Source: Botryllus schlosseri
Taxonomy: Eukaryota
Assembly: GCA_051294905.1 (NCBI GenBank)
Contig: CM119378.1
Coordinates: 3,846,001-3,910,000, forward strand
Direction of reading: 5' to 3'
Length of the DNA stretch: 64,000 nt
The notes beneath the pieces were generated by a model. The model searched no databases, was not told where the DNA came from, and worked only from the letters and a program-made list of their open reading frames with translations. Each line of letters begins with the position of its first letter. The first letter of the stretch is position 1. Made by a program: the position numbers and the translations under genes. This document shows, in pieces, positions 48,081-62,486 of this stretch.

Positions 48081-49740
48081 TATCATGAAACAAAGGAATA
48101 ATAACTCAATTATAAAGAGATGTTGGAAACGAGATATGGCAATAAATATTCTTGGTAATATTATGGAACCGGAACCACCCCTTACCTATATATATTTCCA
48201 CATCCCATTTCCAACATCTCTTTATATTGAGTTATAGATACGGCATCATTCGGGTCGTAATTGACCACTTTTGAGCCAACGAAAGAGAGTGTACTGCAGC
48301 ATTTTGAAGGACATCATCCAAATATTTTTTCCAATTTGAAGATGACAAAAATTTATATCTAGAACTGTTATTGCTTAAAAATTCACGCATGAACTGTTTT
48401 TGTTGTCCACATTGTTATTTTTGCATCGATCCATTTCCGTACCGTTGCATATTAACGTTATTTTTTCAAATGCATGCATCATTATATCGTTTATATATAC
48501 ATGAATTAGGGATTTGAAAATTCAATTCTGTATTCGTAAATGTTGCATCTGTGAACTGTATGTATCTTGTTTCATCATTCCTCATTTCTTTACATAACAT
48601 GATGGGGCCTGAAAATTCAATACTGTCTTGTAAGGCATCGAGATTCTGTGGAATGATCACGATCATGGATAGGTGACTTTTTGTCAGAGGTGGTTGATGC
48701 ATACATCGCTGCTACTGAAGTAGTGGAAGTATTGCTACAATGATTCACTCAGGTTCAAATAGAAGTAGCGAAAATATAAATCTGTAACGTACTTTTAAAA
48801 AATTCTAAAAGTAGATTTGGTTGTTGGCTCGCAGTTAGTTGGAAATAGTCACTTTTGAAATTGCAGGGTGAAGCTTTATGGCTACCACAAAATGACCATT
48901 GACAAATGAATATGTGGGTGCTATTTTCAAAAATATTCAAAACCCGGGGATATCTAGATATCCCTGGCAAAAACTAAGTTGTGATGTTTGGTGAGTGGTT
49001 TGAAAACAAAATCACTATGGGAAGTGGGCAAACCTACTCGAGTACTCAGAATAACTACACTGTAAAAAATCTGGTAGATTTGCTGTGGAATCTCTGTAAA
49101 TTTTGCAACGAATTACCGGTAGCAGCCAATAACTGTGCGTAGCTTGTAATTTTACATTTTGATATGTAATATTACCTCAATTTAGCTCTAAAGTCAAGTT
49201 ACCAGAATTTCTTCGCAAAATTACTGACAGTTATTCGTTCCTGAAGTTTACCAGGCTATTGGCAAAATTGATTAGCTTGAAAATCTCTGCAGCCAATGTA
49301 TACGTGGAACTGAATGTTACTGATATCTCTCGTGGTGATTTGACCTGATTCAACTTCGTTCGCGAGACTGGGGTCTGTCATACGGAAATTGTTGGCCCTA
49401 GTACCAATTTCAGTATAGTACATAGTAGGGTAAAGAAACAACTGACAATCGTAGCTAATTTGGTTGCACCAGGGGCGGGCAACTTCTCCCGTCGGCGGGC
49501 CGTATACCGGAAAATTAAATACTTGGCGGGCCAGATTGCTGAATCGATACATTACTCGCCCATTTATCCACATATACGAGGAATAAATCGTATTCAATGA
49601 ATGTATTTTAACGACAGCAATGTCAATTTAAAGCCATTTCTCACCAATAATGACGAATTCAATGTGGATTTGAGAACAGCATTGTCATACAGGCGCCGCC
49701 ATGTCTGCTTCTCTATGGTCAATTAACACACGGTGCAATC

Positions 49741-50381
49741 ATAGTGTCCTATATACGGTGTGGACACAAGCAAATCTCACGGCTCAGTGAAATCGGTACA
49801 CGTAACACTTTCCATTTGGCAATTTGACGATAATTTTTGACCGACTCCCCGAGCACAAAACCCGACAAAACGGGTACCAATCGAAAGTCACCGCGGCACC
49901 GATTGCAAAAATACAAAGCTCACTCCCCTCGTAGCACTGGAACCCCCCAAAATCAACCTCGAACGCCGCACTGCAACGGAGTCCGGCACTGTGACGCCAC
50001 CGCATGGCGTCTAAGCAGCTCAGGAGCAAGTGCGCACAAGGTTGAGATTGTGAATTCTCAATCGGTTGCGCAACAATGGCCAATACGCTGGTGGTTTGCG
50101 CTGCTTGTCACCTCCTCGCAGACGTCATGGTTTCGTCACAACACCAAACCCCGCCACAATGCAACACTCGTGGTTGGTTCAGGAGTGTCCCAGGACCACG
50201 AGCAGAATGAAATTCACACCTTCGCAATCAGCACCGCGGCAGCCCATGACCGACAGCCATTCCATCAAACTTCGCGCTCGGCAAGCCGGTCAAAAATTGC
50301 CTTTAGCCAAATGGAAAGTGTGATGCAGACCAACCACCGAGCCGCGAGACCGGCACGTGTCCACAAAATATAGAACACCAT
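49741..50381. mobile_element. Mutator-like MITE (long imperfect TIRs, 9-bp TSD)
   Basis: TIRs ~100 bp starting ATAGTGTCCTATA; TSD GGTGCAATC / GGTGCATTC. Empty site in the host-repeat copy at ~52175; a related arm ends at 57805. Confidence 0.8.
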
Positions 50382-52820
50382 GGTGCATTCCCTAATTAAG
50401 ATTTCAAGGCGTCCGATAAACCCGGCACCCCAAAATTGATCAAGATATCAATTCATTAGGGCTGAGTATATCGCAAATGCCGATAATGCAAGTCTTCTCG
50501 CTTCGACGAACTTAGGCGTAAGCCCACTCTCGTACGTTGCGCACACACGTATATAATATCATATAGTCACTAAAATTTGACGTAGTTTAAGCAAGCATTG
50601 GGGAATCTCTGCAGACTGGAGCCGCGGGCCACGTATCATCTCAGACCAGTGGTTCCCTAACGGTGGGGAATTCCCCACTGGTGGGAATTCAATGGCTTCT
50701 GGTGGGGAATAGACGCATTTGCTCAAAATTATATACAGCACAGTCTACTATATACAGGACACATGCGCAATTACCGTTACCAGTTAACTGCTCTGGAATG
50801 TATGTATCGAAAATTATATTACGTGTTGTTCACAAAACCTCATTTTTAACTCTGGATGGCCACTCATGGCGTCTTAAACGCATCCAGCACGACTAGTTTG
50901 ACGTGAAATAATGCTTTCGCGAAATTTTGACCGTTACTGGTATCGGTTCACAATACGTTATATGTTGGAATAATAGGCGTTTGTCTTGCGTACTGGTGTG
51001 GTTGTGTGTCTTGTGTAGTCAAATCACAAATAGCTGCTTTGTGATGACAAACGTGTTGGGTAGTGGGGAACAGGACCGTAACTACCGCACCTCAAACCCC
51101 CCAATTGGGGGGGCGAGCTCGAAGGGGGCCAAAATTATTTCGTGAATTAACATAAATTATAGTGTATTTTTTTGAAAATTTATTCCACTTTTTCAAATTT
51201 CTTTCGCGCTGGGTGCGCGATTTAATATTGCCGGATATATTGATTATTGGGTACCCTTCCTCCACGAAAATAAGTAACGCAGGTTTCATAGAAATGGAGT
51301 GCGCCTCGAAGCACCAATACATATGAAGTTATAGACCATATAACATGCGACTCCGAGAAGTGTGCCAGAACGATCAGCAGCGAGAAGACCTTGACCGAGA
51401 AGGAATGCCCTTTCGCTGACCGAAAACAATATACAATAAACAAATACAAATATACAATATACATATATGTTAAATTATCCATGTCCATAGGTGGCAAAAT
51501 GGCTGGCGCCGAATGTTCCTGTCCTGGCGATCTGAACCACACATGACAAATGCCATCTCGCAGGGAAAAATTGTTTGCCGGTAAAGCAATACCAATTTGC
51601 AGTCGTGTGTGCCTTTTAGTTTTGCCAATTTCCATATCTTTTGACATACCAGAGGAGGTCACGAAATAGCATAATGTAACGAAGTCAATATACGAACAGG
51701 TCCCCCCGAAGATGTTTAATACTTATTTAGGGATCCTACTTACCTCACTCAGCTCTACCGGTAAATCTGATTACGTGAGCAGGCAGGATAAAAAATTGAG
51801 AGCAAAATGTATGAAATTACCAGTCATATTGATCGATTCAAACATGAATTATATAAATATTTCGCGCCTCGCGCGTTTAGTCGAAATAAGGCGACGCACT
51901 TAACGATAGACCCAATGTAGCTGATAAGTAACGGGGGAAAACGTACAGGCTCAGGGGGCTGAAGTGGTTTATCCCCCTGTGGGGGGCCCAAGACCAACGT
52001 CCATTTATCCACATATACAAGGAATAACTCGTATTTAATGAATGTATTTTAACGACGGCAATGTAACTTTAAAGCCATTTCTCGCCAATAATGACGAAGA
52101 CAGTGTGGACTTGAGAACAGCATTGTCATACAGGCGCCGCCATGTCTGCTTCTCTCTGATCAATCAACACACTGTGCAATCCTTAATGAAGATTTTAATG
52201 CGTTCGATAAGCCCGGTACCCCAAATTTACCAAATATCAATTCATTAAGGTTGAGAGGTGACGAGATAGCGTGCTTATCCAACTGTGTGGCCTATTTTAT
52301 TTCGATATTGAATTCATGCGGCCCGCGGCCTCGGGATTTGAAAGTGGCCCGCGACCCGTTTCAAGTCGGTGACCCCTGGCATAAGCGGTGTCTTACAAAA
52401 GGCTAGAACTGTGCCGTGCTACAAGACTATACGGTTACGGAATCAAAAATAAGAAATATCGGCGTGGTGTAAATGATCATCGTATAGTCGACAAGCACCA
52501 TGATTACCACAAATGACATTAGGATTGAGTACATCGTAAATGCCGATAATGAAAGTCTTCTCGCGTCGACGAACTTACGCGTAAGCTCCACCCTCGCTCA
52601 CTGCGCATACATGTATCACTGTAAAAAATAATCATGGGTGTACCCATAGTCTAGACCTGGTCCCACCTGAGTCATGTCGACATGGAAAAGGCCAATGATA
52701 ACTTGTCGACATCCATGTAGACCTGTTGACCTCCATGTTCCTACCCATGTCCTAATAATGATTCAAATTGACCTTTCACCTCTACTAATGTACACATACC
52801 CTGTGGTTAGATGTATTTAG

Positions 52821-55260
52821 TAGGGTGGAGTAAAAATGACTTTTTTTCAAATCGAAAAAAGGGCTTCCTCAAACCTGACAAATGACCTAAAACTTCAATA
52901 AAAAGTGACTTCAGGGTATTGCCCCCATTTTCCAGCCGGCAACCCCCCAATTTCTGCGCGTGGGGGGTAAAATGGCCCATCTCGGCAACCGCTGGTCGTA
53001 GAGTCATGATATATAGCTCAAAATCTGCGGAAGCATCATGTTTCTATCTGTCTTCAGAAGAAAGTTTTCTCTATTGTGAACACGAAATGAGTTATAGCCA
53101 AAAAAACAATATATACGCACATTTTTGTTGAAATTCAGCATTTATTCTGACGAATTGTGATCTGTCATCAGTTTTTTTGAAAAGTTAAGTAACACACTGA
53201 CAATACCGAATATTGGGCCCATAATACAAATATATTCACAACACAGTCCTTTTAAAATCGGTTCAAAACATCATAATGAAACACTCACATTTAACGACTT
53301 ATTGAAAATGCATTCTTGTGTCAAGTTGTTTCATCAGTTTACGAGACTTAATTTTTAGGCGAATGAGGCCATCTCGTCTTTGAAATCCCGAAACTTGTGC
53401 TGATGCTTCTGTTACGAGCTTTACATGTCGTTCCACTGTTTGATTGTGGCATGGATGAAACAAAATCAGAGGATTCTCGCAAAATTCTTCCAACTCTGCA
53501 TCAGTTAAGTGCTCAATCGCTGGAGGAAGTTGTTGATATAAGGTTCAATATCAACCAACTCATGCTATGCCTTTGCTTCCAAGTTCAACTTTGGGACACA
53601 GAATAAACGAACAGGACCGCAGTTCAATTGGTTGGAACCAGAGTTGGATCAATTGTAATTTGTAATTGTATTTGAATGTAATTAATTACATTTTTCAATG
53701 TAATTGTAATGTAATTGTAATTGAAGCATTTTTATTGTGTGTAATTGTAATTGTAATTTGACAAAAATTTTGCTCAATTACAATTTCAATTACATTAAAT
53801 TGCTATTGAGACCTGACAAGCACAACATAAAATAATTGACTTATAATGCATTCTCTTTAAATGTCGACAAGGAATTTGGTGGATCCATTCGCGGAAGCCC
53901 TTGACTGCGCCCTTGCGGGCGAAGTTTTGATTTTTATTTTTACCGCTATGCTGGCCTCCGCTGCCATTGTATACAATTTTTAGATTGCTAACGAACGGAT
54001 GGATTCGCAACACGTGACTCACGATTGAATACGCCGAGAAGCGAACTGCTGAGCCGGCTAAAAGCAGCAAAATTGCTATTCCCATAGCTGGCGATCCAAG
54101 CGTCGAAATTTGATATGTATGGTCCTAATCGAAAGCTAATTTCGCACTGATTCCGCAATAAAAGTATATTTCCAGGCAATGGTACCATCACAGTCGTGAA
54201 AGTCTGGGAATCGGCATTGTTCTGAACAATCGCTGGGCGTAATTGGTAATTGTTGTGGTCATGCTGCTGCAGCGCTCTCACTTTTCAGAACAGTCGGCCT
54301 TAAACGGCTATTTTGGAGCAGTTACATTGTCCTGACGAGATTTTATTTTGTATTTTCAGAATTAGTACATCAACAGCCTACGATAAAGACCAGATGCATC
54401 AAATTTGGACGCTTGGATCGCCAGCTCTAGGACTACAAAGTTTGCTGCTTTTAGCCAGCTCTGCAGTACGTTTGTCGGTGCATTCATCCGTGACTCACAT
54501 CTTGCGCATCTATCCGTGGGTTGGCAATCTACAATACGATTTCAGATCACGATGCTGCATCGTTATTTCGTCTGGCTAACTAACCAGACCACTGGATATT
54601 ATATAACGTCTTATCTGACAAAGCACGGTTTTGTTTTTACTCCTCATCCTAATTCCTACGTCCCTCGATAAAAATAATATTGCTTCTTTAACTATATACT
54701 ATATACGCAAATCCAACACGTGCATATATATTATAATACTTTTTCAACGACATACTGCACCCTATCCTTAATCCTAACCCATAGGAAATTAGGTAAATAA
54801 TAACATTTTACATTTCCAATTACGTGAGCCATAATTACCGAGCATACAAAACACGCTTATATTACGTCACAAGGACATCTTACATAGCATACTATGTACG
54901 CACATAAACGCATTTATTACTACACAATCTGAACTAGACTTGAATTGTTGTTATATACGACGCTACGGTTGTCAAGGAGCACGGTTGAATTTACGATTAT
55001 TCAATTACATGTTCAACAGCAGCAATTGTAATTGTAATGTAATTGAAGCATGCAAGGAGTAATTGTAATTGTAATTGTAATTTGATATTTTTAGCATGGA
55101 GTAATTGTAATTGTAATGTAATTGAAACATTCATGAAAGTAATTGTAATTGTAATTGTAATTGAACTGAAATAATGTAATTGATCCAACTCTGGTTGGAA
55201 CTGCTATGACTCTCAATGTCCATAAGTGAATTTTGTTCAGCGGCATGTTTTCGAATAGAG
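52821..55260 (-). mobile_element. 3' end of a hAT-superfamily (hATm-like) transposon with decayed transposase C-terminus, split by a MITE
   Basis: TAGGGTGG terminus at 52821. Minus strand VRLFCVPKLNLEAKA*HELV.../PPAIEHLTDAELEEFCENPLILFHPCHNQTVERHVKLVTEASAQVSGFQRRDGLIR (53299-53630). Confidence 0.8.
53639..55193. mobile_element. hAT MITE (CAGAGTTGGATCAATT TIR) with (AATTGT)n subterminal arrays
   Basis: Perfect TSD GTTGGAAC. Confidence 0.93.
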
Positions 55261-55717
55261 CGGTGGTTCCCAACCTTTTTTTTTGTCATTCCCCACTTCA
55301 GATTTATTCCAATAAGCCTTCATTCCCCACTCACCAAAATTTCTGTGATTACGGAGCAGCTATTCGCTTGTTTGAGTAAACAAGACACACCAGTACGCAA
55401 GACAATCACCTATAACTGCAACATAAAAGATATGGTGAACCGATACCGGTAATCCTAAAATTTTTCCGAAAGCATTATTTCACGTCATACCAGTCGTGCT
55501 GGATGCGTTTGTGACGCCAGGATTAGTTATCCGGAGTAGCAAATGAGATTTTGTGAACAACGCGCAATAAAATTTTTAGTTACATACATTCCAGAGCAGT
55601 TAACTGGTAACGATAATTGCGCATGTGTCTCCACAAATATGTAGTTGTAGCCTGTTTAATAAATGGGTCTATTCCCCACCAGAAACCATTATATTCCCCA
55701 CCGGTTGGGAACCACTG
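55261..55717. mobile_element. hAT (Buster/Charlie-type) MITE; relatives at 50647 and 60138
   Basis: C(G/A)GTGGTTCCCAACC TIR; TSD GAATAGAG / GACTAGAG; TTCCCCAC repeats. Confidence 0.88.
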
Positions 55718-56280
55718 GACTAGAGTGAAACCACAAGTCCGCTGCCGGGTGTTTATAATGTGGCCTATGAACATGAACAATGACCATCATACTCGACATT
55801 TGCTGCCTTGAGAGATTATTTAATGGCAGTATTTCTAACTAAAAATCTTAGAACTATTCTGAATAGTATATTTGAATCTACTCAGAATTGCTTCGCGGGT
55901 CAGATGAAATCACCTGGCGGGCCGTATGTTTGACACCCCTGGTCTAGGTAGCTGTATACATTGATATGTCAGATTATTATGATATCGATTGGCTTAGCCC
56001 GCTTGTTGTGTAGGGCTCCAGAGACACGTTGCGCTGTTGATGGAGGGTGTCGATGCTTTCTATAGTCGCTTTGGTTATATGTGAGCAGTGAGCACACATT
56101 ACCACGCAGCCTCTCCTTGACCTTTAAGAGTAGGACTTGGTCCGCGAATGCAGCAGGTAAAATGTTGATTAAAGGTTTACAGCAGGAGTGTCGAACTAAA
56201 CTGGGGCCGGGGTCCGGATCCAATCCTTTATTAGATAGCTTGCGGGCCGAACCAGTCAAATGGTTCCAAAATGTTACCAC

Positions 56281-57250
56281 TAGGGTTGGTGTGAACCTCT
56301 GAAAGGTTCAGGTTCGTGTGAACGCGAACCTTTTTGAAAGGTTCTGTGTGAACGCGAACGTGAACCTCATGACGTCACGTGACGTCATATTGCTAATTCC
56401 AGCCCTATATTTGAATGGAGTGATAGCCTATATTAATGTACACGATACATAGCGACGACTCGAGTCACATAATGGCACAATGCTGACGTACATATTGACG
56501 TTTTAATCGTCGCTAAATGTATCAACTGAGGCAATCAAATGATATACTAATCCAATAAATCAATATCTTCCGTCGCTTTGCCGACAATTTCGATGAGGAC
56601 TTGCCAGGAAATATAAGCTTACAGCTTAACGGTCCAGGCCAGACCGTAAAATGTATTCGGCGTCTGAGTATTGATACACGGATATTGAGCAGAGTGTAAA
56701 ACGGGTTTCTATACTTGCTACCGCTATTACCCCACTAACAAGTTATATACAACAATACCCAGCACCCCAATCGCACGGATTTCGATTTTATGATACAGTA
56801 AATATATGAAGACGAGATTGACCACGTAAGCTTGCTAGATTTTTACATCAGAAAACGATATCAATTGAATAAGCATCATTCGCTATTTACATGCAGTGTA
56901 TTTCGCTATTGACGTTGAGTGATTGCCGGTCAACTCACAGCAGAGAGTCACTAAATATTCACAAAAGGAATGCTGGATATTTCGAGCAAACTTTTGTTAG
57001 AAAGCAAGTAAAATATTTGAAAATGTCAAGGTGTTGATTGTTTATGCTGGTAGTACCATGCATAGAGTGGTCCGCATTTGAAATGCAATTAATTTGAACC
57101 AAATATGTTATAATGAAGGGAAATTGTAATATATATGAAAAAGGTTCACAGTACAGAACCTATCAAGGTTCTGTTGTGAACGCGAACCTCAAAATTTCCG
57201 AGGTTCACACACAGAACGCGAACGTGAACCTCACGTTCACACCATCCCTA
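56281..57250. mobile_element. hAT MITE (TAGGG(T/A)TGGTGTGAAC TIR)
   Basis: Perfect TSD GTTACCAC. Confidence 0.93.
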
Positions 57251-58039
57251 GTTACCACCAAATCCTTACCTTTGTTTTGTCACTGGAATGCTTTATTACC
57301 ACGCCTGGGCCCATATAGCCCTTGTCAGGAATATAGGAGATTTAACTGAACGGTGACGTTGGAATTTGGGTTATCATTTTTCAATCACCTTTCGTATTTC
57401 TCTGAATGTCCGAGACCTTTTGCGTCAGAAGCAATACAGAGGTATCATTGCCGTGAGCCCGCGACGCCAGCTGAGCACTCACTCTCGCCGCGCAGCCATC
57501 ACTGGCTCCTGACCTACGCTCTCGTTTCGCCAGACAGCATTGTTTCATCACTAAGCCACTCTCCACAACAATGAAAAAATCGAGGCTGATTTTGGGGGTT
57601 CCTGGGCTACGAGCGAAATAAAATTTATATTTTCGTAATCAGTACAGCAGCAGCTTTCGATTGATACCCGTTTTATGAAATTTGATGCTCGGCAAGTCGG
57701 TCAAAAATTACCGTCAATTTGCCTTCAGCCAAATGGAAAGTGTGACGTTGACCAATTTCACTGAGCCGTGAGATTTGCTTGTGTCGACACCATATAGGAC
57801 ACTATGATATTATTAAGGTGTACCATACCAAATTTTACCCCGATTTCATGATGGAACACCTTTAAAATTAACACAGTGCAATACCGACTTTTGCGCAAAA
57901 TCTGTTTTGCGGTAGCTTAGCGCGCAACTGTACAATATACATACTCAACTTCAACGACAGAATTACCATGCTACAACTTCAAAACCAACGCTGGCCAACA
58001 TCCAATTTTGCGCAAAATCGGTTTTGCGGTAGTCTATCG

Positions 58040-59200
58040 CAGGGGTGGCAAACTTTTGAGCTCGCGGGCCGCATTCAACATATGAATCCATTCGCGGGCC
58101 GCACTATATAAAATTGGGATTATAAACCAAAACGCAATGTTGGTATTTGATTATATAGTGAGGACATAGAGATGCTTATTTAAAACAAACCAAGCATTAT
58201 TGCTTGGATAATATCGTACATGCGCCAGAAACAGTGGCGAGATTTGATAGGCTGGTCGACCTCAATAGCCAATTTGTCAAAACTATAGAGATGAAAGTCG
58301 GCGGTCCCGATTCTTAGACCAGGATTGAAATTTAAATCTGACAGCAGCGATCTGTTCATAGATTTGCTAATTCCACTTTTGCTGCAGTTCCAGGACACAC
58401 AATGTTGACAGCATCATAACCATGTAAGCTTCAAACAAGCTTCTAATGTGTATACCCTATACCCTAATTCTACGCATACAGAGAACGAATCTACCTAAGA
58501 CACGCGCGAATCATTTTTTATAAGCACATCACTGAAATAATTAAAACTGGAGAAACTGGAGTGGCCAATCTGAAATCACACTCGTGATCCGAATTATATG
58601 TAAATCTCGTTTAGGATTTCTGTGATTTTTAGCAGTTGAAACCTTTCAAACTGCGCCTGCTTTAATATCGGGCTGTCGCGCCAGACATTGAACATAAAAA
58701 ATAATGTAGGAAGTATTTACCTTAGAACAGTGGTTCTCAGACTTTGCGAGTTACGCCCCCTTATGATTGTGAAAGATTTCGTGTCGCCCTTATCGTCATA
58801 TCGCAAAACACAATCAGGATGCTAGCAAACCTAACGTGTAGTTTAATGGCATGGAAGGCTATACGACTGTGGATGAAAGATTTTTAAATATGAAATTCAG
58901 ACTAAATACAGAGCAATAATTGTGAATTCGATGTAAATCGCGCGGAGTGCGAAAATTTTTTCAATTGATCGCAGCTTCGCGCCCGTTTTCAGATGCTTTC
59001 ACGCCCTCAATGGGGGCGCGCCCATCAGTTTGAGAACCACTTCCTTAAAATTATCATGGTGAAAGATACTAAAAAGCTTAATCAAGTCCCTGCATTAATT
59101 CGATTTTCAGCAAGCATTTTATCAATTTTTTCATCAAGTTTCTTTAGACTCTCGCGAGCCGCACAGAACGGTGTTGCGGGCCGTAGTTTGCCCACCCCTG
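58040..59200. mobile_element. hAT (Buster/Charlie-type) MITE containing a nested MITE at 58728-59042
   Basis: Outer perfect TSD GTCTATCG; inner TSD CCTTAGAA / CCTTAAAA. Confidence 0.92.
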
Positions 59201-60137
59201 GTCTATCGCGTAACTATACATATTCAAGTTTAATGACGGATTTACCATGCTAATCATTGAGTGTCCACCTTGAAACCTGGTATAGTGTTAGCTGACATCA
59301 TTAACGTGTGCCGTACCAAATTCCGTCACCCATTTCATGATGGAACACTTTCAAACCAAAGCCGTTCAAGATCGAATTTTGCGTCAAATCTGTTTTGCGG
59401 TAGCCGAGCGGTTATGGTGTATTTTAATTGATGCCAAAATGTCTTGGAAGCAGCATATTGAATGCACAATATCAAAACTAGAGCTGTGTGTGGGAATAAT
59501 GACCCGTCTGCAATCTTTGGTTTCCAGATCAATACTACGAACCATCTATTTCTCTCTTTTCACTCTCACCTGCAATATGGAATCGTAGTATGGGGAAGTG
59601 CATGCACAACATTTTTGTGCAGAATTCGAACCCTGCAAAACCGTGCGATACGGCTGATCTCATCGGTAACTTTACATACCAAACTATCGCCTTACTACCG
59701 TAAGCACCGAATTTTGCAAGTTGACAAACTATATCCCTTCGAACTATCAAAAGTCATTCACAAATATTTTTCCAATAGTTTGCCTCCTGTATTTGATGAC
59801 TTTTTCATGCCTTCCAAAAATGTCCACTCCCACTACACGAGATCCTCGTCTAAAGGAAATATCTACTTAACCCCACCCAATAGCAACATAACTAAGAGAT
59901 CTATCGACTACTCGGGACCTATCATCTGGAATGCATTACCACCACACATCCGTGAATTGCCTTATAATAGATTCAAAAAAGCCCTACTTGATCACCTCTT
60001 GTCGTTACACCAACAACACTGTTGCCCTACCTCGCCCGGACATTGCTTCATTGATCATTTGCTACCATCGTTTAATTTTTCTTCTATTTTATTTTTTTAA
60101 CTACTGTAACCTTTTTTTACAGCCAGACTGTTTAGAG

Positions 60138-61343
60138 CAGTGGTTCCCAAACGGTGGGGAATTCCCCACTGGTGGGGAATTCAATGATTTCTGGTGGGGA
60201 ATAGACGCATTTAAAAAAAATTATATGCAGGACAGTCTACATATTCACGGAGACACATACGCAATTGCTGTTACCAGTTAACTGCTCTGGGATGTATGTA
60301 TCGAAAACAATATTGCGTGTTGTTCACAAAACCTCATTTTTAACTCTGGATGGCCAATCATGGCGTCACAAACAAAGTATTTTTTTAAATTTATGCCACT
60401 TTTTCAAAAAACTTTCGCGCTGCCTGCATGATTTAATATTGCCGAATATCTGATTATTGGGTACCCTTCCCCCACGATAATACGTATAATTTATAGAAAT
60501 GGAGACTTCGGCGTCGGCCATTACTGCGCTACGACGCACCATGGCATATGAAGTTATAGGGCATGTATCATGCAACTCCGAGAAGTGTGCCAGAACGATC
60601 AGCAGCCAGCGATAAGACCTTGGCCGAGAAGAAAGGCCCTTGTGGTGACCCAAAACTTCGATATATATATAATATACATATATGTTTAATTGGCTGTATG
60701 ATGGCTGGCGCCGAATGTTCCTGTCCTAGCAATCTGAACCCCACAGGACAAATGCAATCCCGCAGGGAAAAATTGTTTGCCAGCAAAGCAATACCAATTT
60801 GAAATCGTGTGTGCCTTTTAGTTTTGGCGATTTCCATGTCTTTAAACATAGCAGATATAGGAGGTCACGGAATAGCATAATGTAACAAAGTCAATATACC
60901 AACGGGCCCGCCCGAAGATGTTCAATTCTTATTTAGGGGTCCTACCGGGGCCTACGATAGGCCCCGGTCCTACCTTTTCCGAGACACCTCACTCAGCTCT
61001 ACCGGTAAATCTGATTACGTGAGCAGAGAGGGTATAAAAATTGATAGCAAAATATATGCAATTCCCGATCATATTGGCCGATTCAAACACGAAATATGTA
61101 ATTTTTACGCGCGTCGCGCGTTTAGTAGAAATACGGCGACGCATTAAAGAGTAGACCGAATGTAGCTGATAAGTTGCAGGGAAAAAGCGTACAGGCTCAG
61201 TGTGGCTGAGGAGGTACTAGAGGCCCAAGGCCAACGTTTTTTTGGCGGGGCTGACAAAGCGCTGTTACGGTCCTCTGGTGGGGAGTGAAGGCTCGGAATA
61301 AATCTGAAGTGGGGAATGAAGACAAAACGGTTGGGAACCACTG
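60138..61343. mobile_element. hAT MITE carrying ~0.9 kb of the GGACCGTAAC repeat
   Basis: TIR CAGTGGTTCCCAA; perfect TSD GTTTAGAG. Confidence 0.92.
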
Positions 61344-61386
61344 GTTTAGAGTCAAGTGTACCTGTTTGCTGCTGGTGTGATCAGAC

Positions 61387-62233
61387 CAGTGTTGGGATCA
61401 AGTCACTACCTTCGAGTCACGAGTCATTTCGAGTCATTGCACATTTTGACTCCAGTCAAGTCAAGTCAATCGATTTTCGAAGGTGACTCGAGTCAAGTCA
61501 AGTCACTCGATTGTTGGAGGTGACTCGAGTCAAGACGAGTCAAGTCAAGTCAAGTCACGAGTCAAGTTACAATTCAAGTCAAGTTGTCTTGTCGAAGTAT
61601 GAGACATGATTACGTCATTGCAAGAAGTCGCTGTATCGGTCACATATACGTAGAACTGCTAAACTACGTAACTAATTGCATAGCCTCATTTTATTGTTAC
61701 CAGTCAAAATAGAGAATTGAGAAACGAATTGATAAGATGCAATACATTAGGGCCTACCCATTTACAAAATGACATCATACAATTCCTGCTTGCGCCAATG
61801 GTTCAGGACTATATAAACTATTCGAATTCAATTTCAATAACACAAGAGGTTTGGTTGAGGTAAGAACAGAGAACAGAAAACATGAATGGACATGTTGCCA
61901 TTAAATTATTTTACTATAGTTTACGACAACGTAAGCTGCAAGCTTCGATCACTTCGTTTGCGGTCAATTTATTAGTGAGAGAACAATGGAGGCTCAGTAG
62001 AAAGCTCTCGCTCTCACGGGTTACATCAGCGTTTTGCCAACAATCCGAACATGTGCAAGATACAATGATTTTTATCGAAACCGATTACTTGATGACTTGA
62101 AATTGACTCGTGAATTTTGCTCCGAGTCACGAGTCAATCCACATTTCTGATGCGCCGAGTCAAGCCAAGTCAAGTCATTTTATCAAAGTGACTCGAGTCA
62201 AGTCAAGTCATGACTCGAGTCATCCCAACACTG
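61387..62233. mobile_element. hAT MITE (CAGTGTTGGGAT TIR), inverted relative to 41590-42580
   Basis: Perfect TSD GATCAGAC. Confidence 0.93.
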
Positions 62234-62358
62234 GATCAGACTAGATGACCTTCACGGTCTTATCGATCATTCCTATGTAATACCGAATACTGTGCACGCA
62301 TATTTTCTGTACCACCATCACTGCCGTGTGTTATGTATTTTGGTTGGATGAAAATAAA

Positions 62359-62481
<123 letters not shown>

Positions 62482-62486
62482 TAATA

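Noticed and set aside
48466..48702. 78-aa minus-strand ORF as an exon of a third gene
   Set aside because: No recognisable domain and no partner exons found.
49837..50373. 178-aa ORF
   Set aside because: Lies inside a GC-richer Mutator-like MITE, has a non-ATG start and no recognisable domain.
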